Part shown: one piece after another, positions 1 to 9,576 of the stretch
Layout: every line of letters starts with the position of its first letter
Position numbering within the stretch: the first letter of the stretch is position 1
NCBI RefSeq assembly: GCF_000142905.1
Contig: NW_013657649.1
Coordinates: 310,001 to 374,000, forward strand
DNA length: 64,000 nt
Source of the DNA: Thecamonas trahens ATCC 50062
Taxonomy: Eukaryota > Protista > Apusomonadida
Direction of reading: 5' to 3'
Program-made: the position numbers and the translations under genes
Notes under the pieces: model-generated
The model's database searches: none
Told to the model about the DNA's origin: nothing
What the model saw: only the letters and a program-made list of their open reading frames with translations

Positions 1-2
1 AC

Positions 3-464
3 CGCCACTGCTTCGAGTGCTACGGCTACGACGTGCTCGTCGACGACACCCTCAAGCCGTGGCTCGTCGAGGTCAACGCCTCGCCGTCGATGTCGGCCAC
101 AACCCAGACCGACCGGACCGTCAAGCACACCGTCATCAACGACGTCATCAACATGGTCCTCCCCGCAGGCTTTCCCGACCTTGCCGCTTGCAAGCTTGGC
201 GTCGGCTCCAACCTCGACGCGCCCATGGGTGGTTTTGAGCTCGTTGTTGATGAGCTCAAGGACGCCGCCCGCCCGGGCAGTGCCTCGCCGCGCCCGCCGC
301 CCTCGTCCGCCGCCGCTAGCACCCGTGTCCGTCGCGCCCGCGCTCGCTCGCGAACTCGCGGATCCACAGCCGGCCGCCCTAGTAGCGCAGCCGGCACTCG
401 GACGCCGCGGTCGCGCCCGGCCTCGCGGACCTCGTCGTCCCGCCCGGCCTCTCGCCGGCGGTGA
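3..464 (+). CDS. TTLL1: Tubulin polyglutamylase TTLL1-like, 3' end (5'-truncated by window edge)
   Basis: Frame from nt 3 reads RHCFECYGYDVLVDDTLKPWLVEVNASPSMSATTQTDRTVKHTVINDVINMV, the TTL-domain C-terminal motif (E-x-N-x-x-P) closely matching TTLL1. It is followed by a basic Ser/Arg tail and a TGA at 462-464. Confidence 0.85.
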   Translation, partial: RHCFECYGYDVLVDDTLKPWLVEVNASPSMSATTQTDRTVKHTVINDVINMVLPAGFPDLAACKLGVGSNLDAPMGGFELVVDELKDAARPGSASPRPPPSSAAASTRVRRARARSRTRGSTAGRPSSAAGTRTPRSRPASRTSSSRPASRRR

Positions 465-496
465 CATCCACGCCACGCGCCGCAACGACTCGGGTA

Positions 497-2925
497 CTAC
501 TCGTACTGCATCTCAAACTCCATAACGTCCTTCTTGGTGACAACGCCAACAAGCTCGCCACGGGTCACCACCCACATGTGGGAGATGACAGCCATCTTGA
601 ACAAAAAGTCGACCCGCTCCAACGGCGTCTGTGGCACAATCTGGAACGGCGCCTCGTCGACAGCGAGCACGTCAGCTAGATCGCCGGCAAGAGTGAGGCC
701 CTCCAGGTACCGGAACAGCTCCGGGGAGAGGTGCGGAATGAGCCGAGCGAGATAGCTCGACATGGCCGGTGACGACAGCGCCGGAGGCCCGGTGCGTGAC
801 CAGACCTGCAGCTTGGCGAGGAGCGCGGCTCGGAGCGGCGAGACGGGTTCGGTGGTGGTAATCGACGCGACCGAGAGCAGGAGCGGTGAGGTCGCGTTCA
901 CCTGTGGCGAATTGACCTCGATCCACGACTCACGCCGCGCCACGTACGCCATGATCCGCGCCTCGAGCTCGAGCTCCAGCGAGGTCCTGGTCACCGTTCC
1001 GAGAAACGTTTTGTTGGAGGCCGAGTCGACCAGCGGGTACGAGGTGTAGTCGTTGTCGTACAGCGAGTTGAGCACGTCGAGGTACGAAGCGTCGACGGTG
1101 AGGTAGATGAGGTCGGTGCGCATAATGGTCGAGGCTCGGACGGCGTAAGCGTCCTCGTCAACTTGCGACGGCATGCAAGGGATGCCTTTCATGGTGTGCA
1201 TGACGTCGTAGATCGAGACCGTGAACAGGTTTCCGACCGTGTACGCGAGCGTGACCGCGAGAAAGACAGGAACCAGGTGGTGGGTCTGGCCGGTGAGCTC
1301 GATGGCGATAATGGCGGTCGAAATCGACCGCGTCACTCCGCACGTCAGCGCGCCGGCGCCGACAATGGCGTAGCCGGCGGGGTGCAGGTCGAGCCGCGGC
1401 CAGGCCTGCGCCATGATCTCGCCGACCAGCCGGCCAAGGGCGGCGCCCATGGCAAAGACCGGGGTAAACGTTCCGCTCGGAATCGGGAGCACGATAGCGA
1501 CAACCGTGAGAAAAACTTGACCGGGACAAAGACCGCGAGGTCCAGCAGCGACGATGCGAGCTTGTTGTCACTGCTCGCGTGGTCCGACGCCGGCGAGACA
1601 AGCTGATTGATGGTCACCTGCTCGGTCCCGACAAAATACTGGTTGATCGGGTACGAAATGACGGCAGTGAGGAGGGCAACGCCGACCACAAGCCGGTACG
1701 GGTGGGCAGCGAGAGCCGGCGTCGTCGCCCGCAGCCGCACCAGCTTGCCGGCGACATACACAAAAAGGGCGCCGATGACCCCAGCCACTATGCCGATGAG
1801 GGTAAAGCCGACAAACTCAATCCACGAGTACGGAATCGGCTTGGCCTCGGTGCTAAACAAGTTGAGGTTGGGGTAGACGTCGAGGACCGGAATGTTGCCG
1901 AGGCTCCACACAAAGAACACGCCTGTGACCGACGAGATGAACGCCCACGGCAAGAGGCTCACCCGGTAGTAGTCCGAAGTCACTTCGACCGAGAACAGCA
2001 CACCGCCGATCGGCGCCCCAAACGTGGCTGTCACCCCTACCGCAATCGCCGCCGAGTACAGCTGCAGTCGCATGCCCGCGTCCGAGTGGAGTGCTGAGCC
2101 AAACGGCCGCATCTTCATGAGCGCCGCCGCCATGCCTGCTGCAAGGTGAACAAACGGGCCTTCGCGCCCCACCGAGAGTCCCGCGGCGTGGCCGGCGATG
2201 ACGCCCACAAACTTGGCCAGCAGCGTCCGCGGCGCCAGCAGATCGATGTGGATAATGCCCGAGAGCAGCGACTTCATCTCGGGAATTCCCGAGCCCGACG
2301 CCGCCGGCGCCAGCCACGCCACCGACCACGCCGCAGCCATCGCCGCCGGAATGGGAAGCAAGATCCAGACCAGATACTCCCACAGATCCTCGCCCGGCAG
2401 CCGATACACCTTGTCGCGGGCCGAGAGCAGACCAAAGATAGCGGCGTTGACGGCAAAGCCCGCCAGCGAGGCCACGATGCCGAGAAGGAGAAGAAATACC
2501 GCAAGCAGAATAGACCGCTTCGGTCGCCGCATTCGGCGCCCACAGCATGCCACCTTGCGGCTCCTCGGCGTGGCATCAGGCATCTGATCGGCAGCAGCCA
2601 AGCCCGCCCGCCTCACACCACGCCCCGCACGAGCCATGCCCAGCGACGAGTAGTAATCGACAATGTCATACTGGGCAGAGATGGTCCGTGACGCCCGATC
2701 AATCCGTGCTGAGGCAGCCGCCTTTGCCCGCCGCTCGGCCTGCTCGTGTTCGCTGGCATGTCCCTGATTCAGCTTCTGCTGGACAGGGGCGCCATGGCCT
2801 CTGTCCTGCGGCAGTCGCTGCAGCCGCTGCGCCGGCAGCCCGTCTCCGCCCGGCGGCGAGTACGACGAGTGCTCGGTCGACGAGTCGAACAGCTCGCTCA
2901 ATAGCGGCGGGCTCGTCCCCGCCAT
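497..2925 (-). CDS. CLC chloride channel with two CBS domains (apparent 1-nt frameshift at ~1511-1515)
   Basis: GSGIPE, GREGP, FGAPIGGVLFSVEVT in ORF 1345-3015; IPSGTFTPVFAMGAALGRLVG, SIYD and CBS pair in ORF 497-1492. Adding one base in the T5 run gives ...VKFF-LTVVAIVLPIPSG. Start taken at ATG 2925 (MAGTSPP). Confidence 0.9.
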
Positions 2926-3023
2926 GGCTCGAGGTGTCGAGATGAGAGGGGAGGTGTGCGGTGGGGGCGGGAGGGGGGGGGGGGGGGGGGGTTGTGAAGG
3001 CAGAAAGCAGATCACAGATCACA

Positions 3024-6023
3024 TCACATGTGCCCCAGCTCGTGGAAAAGGGCCAGCGGATCGTGCGAGGTGGTGAGTGAGAGGTACTCGGCCCAATAGT
3101 CAAAGACGATGGGGCAGCGGAAGGGAGCGATGGGAGTGATGGAGCGCGAGGCGACGAAGGAGGCCTGAGTGAGGAGCTTGTGAACGATCTCGGTTGCTTG
3201 CTGGTGCTTGAACGGATCGAGCCGCTTCTGAATGGTGTTGAGCCACTTGCGGACGTCGCGAAAGAGCGACGAGTCGGGCGGCATGACAGCAGGGTCGATG
3301 AGCCTGTCGACCACGGCAAGGATGCGGAGGTGGACCGAGTCGGATGAGGTGTCGCGCCAGGCCTTGCGCAGCGTGTTGAATGTCTCCTTGGCGGCCTCGC
3401 GATTAAGCCTGCACGAGTGGAACAGCCGCTCCATGTCATAGACGTTGAGGCCTGAGAGGAGCGAGCGGACAACCTTGTGGAGGACCGGGGTGAGGATGAT
3501 CCATGGCGACTCGGGCTCGGCTAGGAGCTCCTGTAGGATGACGTCGCGGGCCTCGTGGAGCTTGCGCGAGAGCACCATCTTGATGTGCTCGGTGTGCGAA
3601 AACGGTGCGAGGCCCGTAAAGTGGGCGAGGCCTTCGACGAGCTCGGCTGCCTCGTCGAGTGAGAACGGATACAGCTTGTAGACTGCGTTCTGGGTAAAGA
3701 CCGCGAGATAAAAGGTCGACGGCAGCTTGAGCACGCCGGTGGTGTACTTTGTCACGGCGGTGTAGTTCAGCCGGAGCGGGACGAGGAGCTCGACGCGCCG
3801 CCGGTCGTTTGGCGAGTACACCGTCGGCGTCCAGGCCAGCTCGCTCCGGGTCAGCAGGAGCGTGCCGGCCGAGGTGGAGCAGTACACGTGCTCGATCGAG
3901 TCAAACGACTCGCTCGTGCCCGGGAGATGGACCCGCAGCACGTCCGGATCGTACTGCACCTCAATGCCGGCGACCGAGCCGACCACCGTGGTCGACCACA
4001 GCGAGTCAGAGACGGGCTCGGTGGAAGTGCCTGGCAGCGATGCCGTGCCGCCCGAGCCCAAGCTGCCCAGCGCCGTCGGCGAGATGGCGCGCTCGATGTC
4101 GCCGGCCGAGATGAAAGACTCGAGGAGCGAGGCGTGCGACGAAAGGTCTGGCTGCCTGTTGGTCTCATGGTGGGCGGTGAGCGCCTGGACGGCCGACGAA
4201 AAGCCTGAAGCCGTGCCGAGAATGTCGGAGGGAAGAGCGGCGAGCTCGTGCGGATGCAGCGACGACGAACGCGGTCGGCCGCGCGGTGAGGTCGGGGCCG
4301 GAAATGCCTGGCGCGACGCCGGCGGTGCGGCAAGAGCCGGCGCCGGTGTCGTGGAGGCTGCAGCCGGCGCGAGGCCTGCATTGACCGGCATGGGTGGCAG
4401 CGCGACGACGCCCGGATCAACCGACGGCGAGATCTTGTTCGAGTGCGGCGAGAGCGGAAAGGCGATCCGGTCCCGGCTGCCGGGCTCGGGGCCAAAGCCA
4501 AGTGAGCCGCGCTTGGGCGAGAACAGCGAGGTGTTGGCAACGGAGCCCCCGCCTCCGCCGGCGTCGCCGGCGCCACCGCTGCCGACGCCCAACCCGGCAC
4601 AGCGCTCGAGGTTGGACTCGGTCTTGGCGAGGACCTGGGTAAAGACCTCCTTGAGCAGAGTGATCGAGTCAAGGAGGCCGCCGCCAGCGTGCCCGAGAAG
4701 CGGCGCGAGCGAGAGGATGCGGTCGGTCGAAGTGAGGAGCGAGCGGATGAGAAAGGGTGACGGCGGGTAAAGGCGGATGGCGTTCTTGATCGTTGTCACC
4801 AACCAGCGGATCTTGGACGCAAGCTCGGCAGTGTGGTCGCCGGCGGCTTGCTCGTCGACTGCTGGTGAGGCTGAACGGGAGTGGAGGATGGCGTGAGAGG
4901 CAAAGCAGCCTTTGAAGAGGACAAAGATCATACCAAGTGACTGTGAGTATGCGTCGGACCGCGAGGGAACATGGGCGAGCCGGCCCACAAACCACTTGGA
5001 CATGTGCGATGACGGCTTGGTGTACGGGACGCCAAAGAGGCCTTCCTGGCGGTGCGGAAAGGTCTCGGGTGCAATGTCGGCAAGCGCGTTCGGCGACGAC
5101 GAAATTACCGCAAGCACAGCCGAGAGCGGCAGCTTGTCCAGCAACGAGCCGATGGCTGCGCTTCCGCTGGTCACATCGTAGAGGCGAACAAAGACGGCGG
5201 CGACAAAGAGCGCCGAGGTCGAGGTGGCCAGGTCCTCAGAGTTTGGCATGGGCGGAAAGACATCGCGCAGGTCGCCATTCGAACTTCCACCAAAGATCGA
5301 GCTCACGCCGCCGAGGGCCAGCGACGACGACGATTCTTTGTGGAAGAACGGGCCAGGCGCAAGCGAGTCGGGCGACCAGCCGGTCTCAGAGACCTGGCGC
5401 AGTAGCGGCGACAGCTCGCCTGTGAGAGATTCGAGGCTTTTGTTGAGCGAGCGCCGAACAAGCGACTCGATCTCGATGGCCCATTCGGCCATCTGCGAGA
5501 CAAGGACCCGCGACGGCGACCGCTGCAGCGCCGAAGCAAGTGACAGATGCGACGACCGCGAGAACGAGGGTGAGATCTTGGCCAGCCGCTCCTGGGCCGA
5601 GTCGACGGACAGACTCGCCGACGTCGTCAATGAAGATGATGATGATGATGATGACGACGTCGGCTGATCCGGTGAGCTTGACGACGTTGTCGACGACAGC
5701 GACGGCGCCGACCGTGCCGCCCGCCATCTCTGCCGCACACTCCCCACCTGCGGCTGGGGAGACGGTGGTGAGGGCGGCACAGCTTCTGAGTCTTTGCTAG
5801 ACATCTGCGGTGGTGATGACGACAATGATGCCGATGCCGATGTCGATGATGATGCCAAGACCAGCGACGACGAGTGCGGCAGAGGACCAGTCGCAGGAGC
5901 GGCTATGGTTGCGGTTGCGGCTGCCGGTGAAGGAGAAGACGACGACGACGACGACGACGACGAGCATGTGTGTGCCAGGCCACGGGCTCGCCGAGCGGTC
6001 GAGCCCGAGCCGGGAGTGGCCAT
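3024..6023 (-). CDS. Uncharacterised ~1000-aa protein: Ser-rich N-terminus, possible PH-like domain and C-terminal helical (VHS/ENTH-like?) domain
   Basis: Long uninterrupted ORF with GC3-rich codons; first ATG after the N-gap is at 6023 (MATPGSG), and the true start could lie in the gap. Domain guesses are by eye only. Confidence 0.6.
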   Translation of the reverse strand: MATPGSGSTARRARGLAHTCSSSSSSSSSSPSPAAATATIAAPATGPLPHSSSLVLASSSTSASASLSSSPPQMSSKDSEAVPPSPPSPQPQVGSVRQRWRAARSAPSLSSTTSSSSPDQPTSSSSSSSSSLTTSASLSVDSAQERLAKISPSFSRSSHLSLASALQRSPSRVLVSQMAEWAIEIESLVRRSLNKSLESLTGELSPLLRQVSETGWSPDSLAPGPFFHKESSSSLALGGVSSIFGGSSNGDLRDVFPPMPNSEDLATSTSALFVAAVFVRLYDVTSGSAAIGSLLDKLPLSAVLAVISSSPNALADIAPETFPHRQEGLFGVPYTKPSSHMSKWFVGRLAHVPSRSDAYSQSLGMIFVLFKGCFASHAILHSRSASPAVDEQAAGDHTAELASKIRWLVTTIKNAIRLYPPSPFLIRSLLTSTDRILSLAPLLGHAGGGLLDSITLLKEVFTQVLAKTESNLERCAGLGVGSGGAGDAGGGGGSVANTSLFSPKRGSLGFGPEPGSRDRIAFPLSPHSNKISPSVDPGVVALPPMPVNAGLAPAAASTTPAPALAAPPASRQAFPAPTSPRGRPRSSSLHPHELAALPSDILGTASGFSSAVQALTAHHETNRQPDLSSHASLLESFISAGDIERAISPTALGSLGSGGTASLPGTSTEPVSDSLWSTTVVGSVAGIEVQYDPDVLRVHLPGTSESFDSIEHVYCSTSAGTLLLTRSELAWTPTVYSPNDRRRVELLVPLRLNYTAVTKYTTGVLKLPSTFYLAVFTQNAVYKLYPFSLDEAAELVEGLAHFTGLAPFSHTEHIKMVLSRKLHEARDVILQELLAEPESPWIILTPVLHKVVRSLLSGLNVYDMERLFHSCRLNREAAKETFNTLRKAWRDTSSDSVHLRILAVVDRLIDPAVMPPDSSLFRDVRKWLNTIQKRLDPFKHQQATEIVHKLLTQASFVASRSITPIAPFRCPIVFDYWAEYLSLTTSHDPLALFHELGHM

Positions 6024-6044
6024 AGGTGGAAAGGGGGTAGAGGA

Positions 6045-6292
6045 NNNNNNNNNNNNNNNNNNNNNNNNNNNNNNNNNNNNNNNNNNNNNNNNNNNNNNNN
6101 NNNNNNNNNNNNNNNNNNNNNNNNNNNNNNNNNNNNNNNNNNNNNNNNNNNNNNNNNNNNNNNNNNNNNNNNNNNNNNNNNNNNNNNNNNNNNNNNNNNN
6201 NNNNNNNNNNNNNNNNNNNNNNNNNNNNNNNNNNNNNNNNNNNNNNNNNNNNNNNNNNNNNNNNNNNNNNNNNNNNNNNNNNNNNNNNNNNN
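6045..6292. other. Assembly gap (others at 18936-19540, 23426-23525, 51156-52004, 54440-54906)
   Basis: Runs of N; all five fall in divergent 5' intergenic regions next to G/C homopolymer tracts. Confidence 0.99.
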
Positions 6293-6543
6293 TACGGCCG
6301 TCCCACTGCTCGCCCCCCCCCCCCCCCCCTCCATGCACACCATGCTTATCATGCACGGAGGTTTGTGGGCGTGTGCACCATGGTAGTCCGCTGCTAGTTG
6401 CTGTTCCCCAAGACGGCTGCGCATGCTGTTCTCAAACGGGTCGGTGGTACCTTGCAAATGGCTCGGGGCCAATGACTCACTTTTCTTGCGCCACCTACTT
6501 CATCCTCGCTCCACACTCACCCGCCATCATCGCAACTCGACAG

Positions 6544-7078
6544 GACGTACACACACGTCAAGCGGCCGTCGCAGCTCCCGGGTGACTCCAACTACTACCT
6601 CTCGCGCGATCATCACTACCCGATGTGGGAGGCGTTCCCCAACGGCGGCGCGTGGAACATCAAGCTCGACAAGCGCGGCGATGTGATGGACCGCATGTGG
6701 GAGGAGCTCTTTCTGGCGACCATCGGCGAGGCGTTTGGCGAGCCCGACGTGGTCGCCATTGTGCTCGCCATCCGCTCGCAGCGCAACTTTCTCTCGGTGT
6801 GGAACGCCGACAACATGAACCATGCGGTGCGGTTCCAGATCTCTGAGACGCTTCGTGCCCTCTTCTCCATCCGCGGTGTGACCGACTCGCTCGAGTACAA
6901 GTCGCACGCCACGTCGATGAAGGACGGCTCGACCTTCCGCAACGCCATGACCTACCAGTCGGTCGTCACCCAGGAGCCGGCTGCGAAGAAGAACCCGACC
7001 GAGGCCGCCAAGGCCGCAGGCACCAAGCCACCGCCCAACTCGCCGGCAAAGGTCGCAAAGGGCAGCGCCAAGGCTTAG
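6544..7078 (+). CDS. eIF4E-family cap-binding protein, last exon (upstream exon probably in gap)
   Basis: After acceptor CAG at 6541-6543 the frame reads TYTHVKRPSQLPGDSNYYLSRDHHYPMWEAFPNGGAWNIKL...RMWEELFLATIGEAF...LSVWN, matching eIF4E PMWE..N.GG.W and W..L.LA.IGE motifs. Confidence 0.85.
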
Positions 7079-7148
7079 CCTCGGCAAAAAGTAGTAACAC
7101 CGCTCCGCCTCTTTGTCCCGTCGCCTTTATGCCCCCCCTTGTCCTCGG

Positions 7149-9188
7149 CTAGAACAGAACCCCGGCCTCGGCCTGTGCGCACTGGCTCCGGTATCTCGTC
7201 GCCTCGGCCGAGGCCAGGACTGAGAGCTGGGCCTCCTCGCCGCGGGTGATCGTGAGCGGCTCACGAGCGCGCGCCGCCTCCAGGTGTGCCCGGAGCTGGG
7301 CAACTCGTGCGTCACGCGCTTTGAGCATGTCGAGCGCCGCAGAGGTGAGCCGGCGGTAGTGGGCCTCGACCCGCGCGACCTGCGACGCTGGGACCAGCGT
7401 CTGGGCCACATCCCCGTACGCAAGCGTGTTCTCCAGCTCACGTTGGGTTTCCTGCAGCTCGGCAAGGCGCGCTTGCAGCCGGTGGGTGACCTTGGCAATC
7501 TGGTTGCGGAGGCTCGCGATCTCGGGCACGTCGTCGAGCGCAGGGCTGGCCCCGTCGCCACCGGCAGTCACCGCCCGCGACACCGTCGAGCGCAGAACCC
7601 GATCCGGCCCGTAACGAGCGTAGAGCACTGGATCAACAACCAGAAACTCGGCGTCGGCTGCTGCCGCGTACTGCTTGTGGGCTAGATCGCGGGTGACGCG
7701 GCTGAGCACTGCCCATAGCCGCTGGGTGCCGACAACGTCGTGCTCGTTAAACGAAGCCATGAACCGCAGGGCGCGCAGCGCTGTGGAGTAGTGTGGCGTA
7801 TTGAGCACACCCTCCTCGAGCAAATCATAGTGGGTGGTAATCGAGTCGAGCACCCGCGACCGTGCGCTGGTCAGCTTTCGGCGGATCCGCGACCGCGCGC
7901 TGCGCTCGCTCCCGTCGGCGCGCGACCGCCGCGACCTGCTCCGTGCTCGGCTGGGCTCTCGCCCACCACCGTCGACATTGACCACGATAAGTGCCTCTTC
8001 CGACGACGATAGTGGGTCCGAGTCGGACGAATCAAACTCGCCGCGCTCAAGCGCGTCGAGATCAATGCCAGCGAGCAAGTTGTTGAGCGCGCGCAAGTCG
8101 CGGCGCGCCTTGGTGCCGAGCACCAGCGGCGGCGCAGCCGGTCTGGCTGCAGTGGCCGACATGGTCTGTGGAGGCCGCGGCGGCATGGCCGCTGAGGGAG
8201 GTTGCGGCGCGGGCGCCCGTGGCGCCCGAGGCGGCGGCGGCTGGTACGGCCGCAACGTCGGTAGCTCCGGCTGGTAGACAGGAGCCGGTAGCGCCCGCTT
8301 CGACGAGCTCTTCCTGAGCGACTTGCGCGAGCTGGATCGAGCCATGCCGTCACCGCCGGTAGGCGTGCCGCCAGGATCCATCTGGGAGATGAGCGCCATG
8401 AGGTCGGCGGCGCTGGAAACACCAGCGAGATTCCGCTCGGCCCGCGGATCGTCCGATCCGGTGGCAGAGCCGGAGCCGGCCTCGTCAATGCCTTGCAGCA
8501 GGGCAAGGACATCGTTTTGAAGCAACTTGGTCTCAGACCGCCGCAGCTTGGCTGGCGGCGCCGAGCCGGGCTCCGCTCGCATCCGCTCGCGTACGCTGGA
8601 GCCTGTCGATGACGCCTCGCCGTCCGAGGGCCGGCCGAGATTCTGCAGCAACGACGAGAGCAGCTGGTCATTCTGGCTCTCGGCCCGCGACGGAGCTGCA
8701 GTCGCCGGTTGGCCCTCGCTCCCGCGTTTTGACCGTGAGCGACGGAGCTTGCGCGGCGGCGGGACAGCGAGATGGGCCGGGTCTGGAGGTGGTGCCCTCG
8801 CAGCAGCCGATGGCGGCGGGCGCGGTCGGCGCGACTCGCCCGATGTCGAGTACTCATCGGGCGGAATACCGTTGATCAGTGCCTCCAGCTGCGGGTCAAT
8901 ACCAGCCGAGACCGAGTCGTTGCCCTTGGACGAGCCAGTAACAGAGCCTGCTCCACCGAGCAAGGCCAGCAGATCGTCCCGTCCATGTGCACCTCCATCA
9001 ACGTCCAACTCTGACTCGTCCGACTCGAGCTCAGCCAGCATCCTCGCCAGCTCAGCACCGCCACCATCGCCGCCAGCACTGCCCCTGCTGCGCTTGTCCG
9101 GTGGAGCACTGCGGCCCTGGTTCCGCGAGTCTGACTCGGACACCTCCTCATACTCGTACACCTCTTCGTACTCCCACGACTTGGACAT
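7149..9188 (-). CDS. Hypothetical protein, low-complexity N-terminus and C-terminal coiled coil
   Basis: 772-codon ORF 7149-9467; likely start MSKSWEYEEVY at 9188; heptad-like C-terminus (LRNQIAKVTHRLQARLAELQETQRELE). Confidence 0.6.
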   Translation of the reverse strand: MSKSWEYEEVYEYEEVSESDSRNQGRSAPPDKRSRGSAGGDGGGAELARMLAELESDESELDVDGGAHGRDDLLALLGGAGSVTGSSKGNDSVSAGIDPQLEALINGIPPDEYSTSGESRRPRPPPSAAARAPPPDPAHLAVPPPRKLRRSRSKRGSEGQPATAAPSRAESQNDQLLSSLLQNLGRPSDGEASSTGSSVRERMRAEPGSAPPAKLRRSETKLLQNDVLALLQGIDEAGSGSATGSDDPRAERNLAGVSSAADLMALISQMDPGGTPTGGDGMARSSSRKSLRKSSSKRALPAPVYQPELPTLRPYQPPPPRAPRAPAPQPPSAAMPPRPPQTMSATAARPAAPPLVLGTKARRDLRALNNLLAGIDLDALERGEFDSSDSDPLSSSEEALIVVNVDGGGREPSRARSRSRRSRADGSERSARSRIRRKLTSARSRVLDSITTHYDLLEEGVLNTPHYSTALRALRFMASFNEHDVVGTQRLWAVLSRVTRDLAHKQYAAAADAEFLVVDPVLYARYGPDRVLRSTVSRAVTAGGDGASPALDDVPEIASLRNQIAKVTHRLQARLAELQETQRELENTLAYGDVAQTLVPASQVARVEAHYRRLTSAALDMLKARDARVAQLRAHLEAARAREPLTITRGEEAQLSVLASAEATRYRSQCAQAEAGVLF

Positions 9189-9576
9189 GGCGAGTCCAAC
9201 GCCAAGCACAGCCAACCGAGACGAGACGTCCGCCACAGCCACCAAAGGGAGCGAGGTTGTAGGTAGTGGAGTGGACAGGTGGGTCGATGGGTCGGTGACC
9301 GTGCAGGTGGTGGCAGTGGCACTCCGGAGGGGCGCTGGTCGTGGCTGAGGGCGGGGGCAGGGCGGGGGCGAGGGGCTTGATGATGGACATGGACCCGATC
9401 GTGCGGGGATGATCGGAGGGGGGGGGGAGAGGTTATGACAGGCCAAGGTGGGAGCTATGTCATCCATACCTCAGGCAGTGTGTGGTGTGGTAGTGGGTGA
9501 TGGTGGGTGGTGGGTGATGGAGGATGGCCACACAGGCGCAGGCGCACAAGCGGCACCACCGCACTCGGGGCCGACC

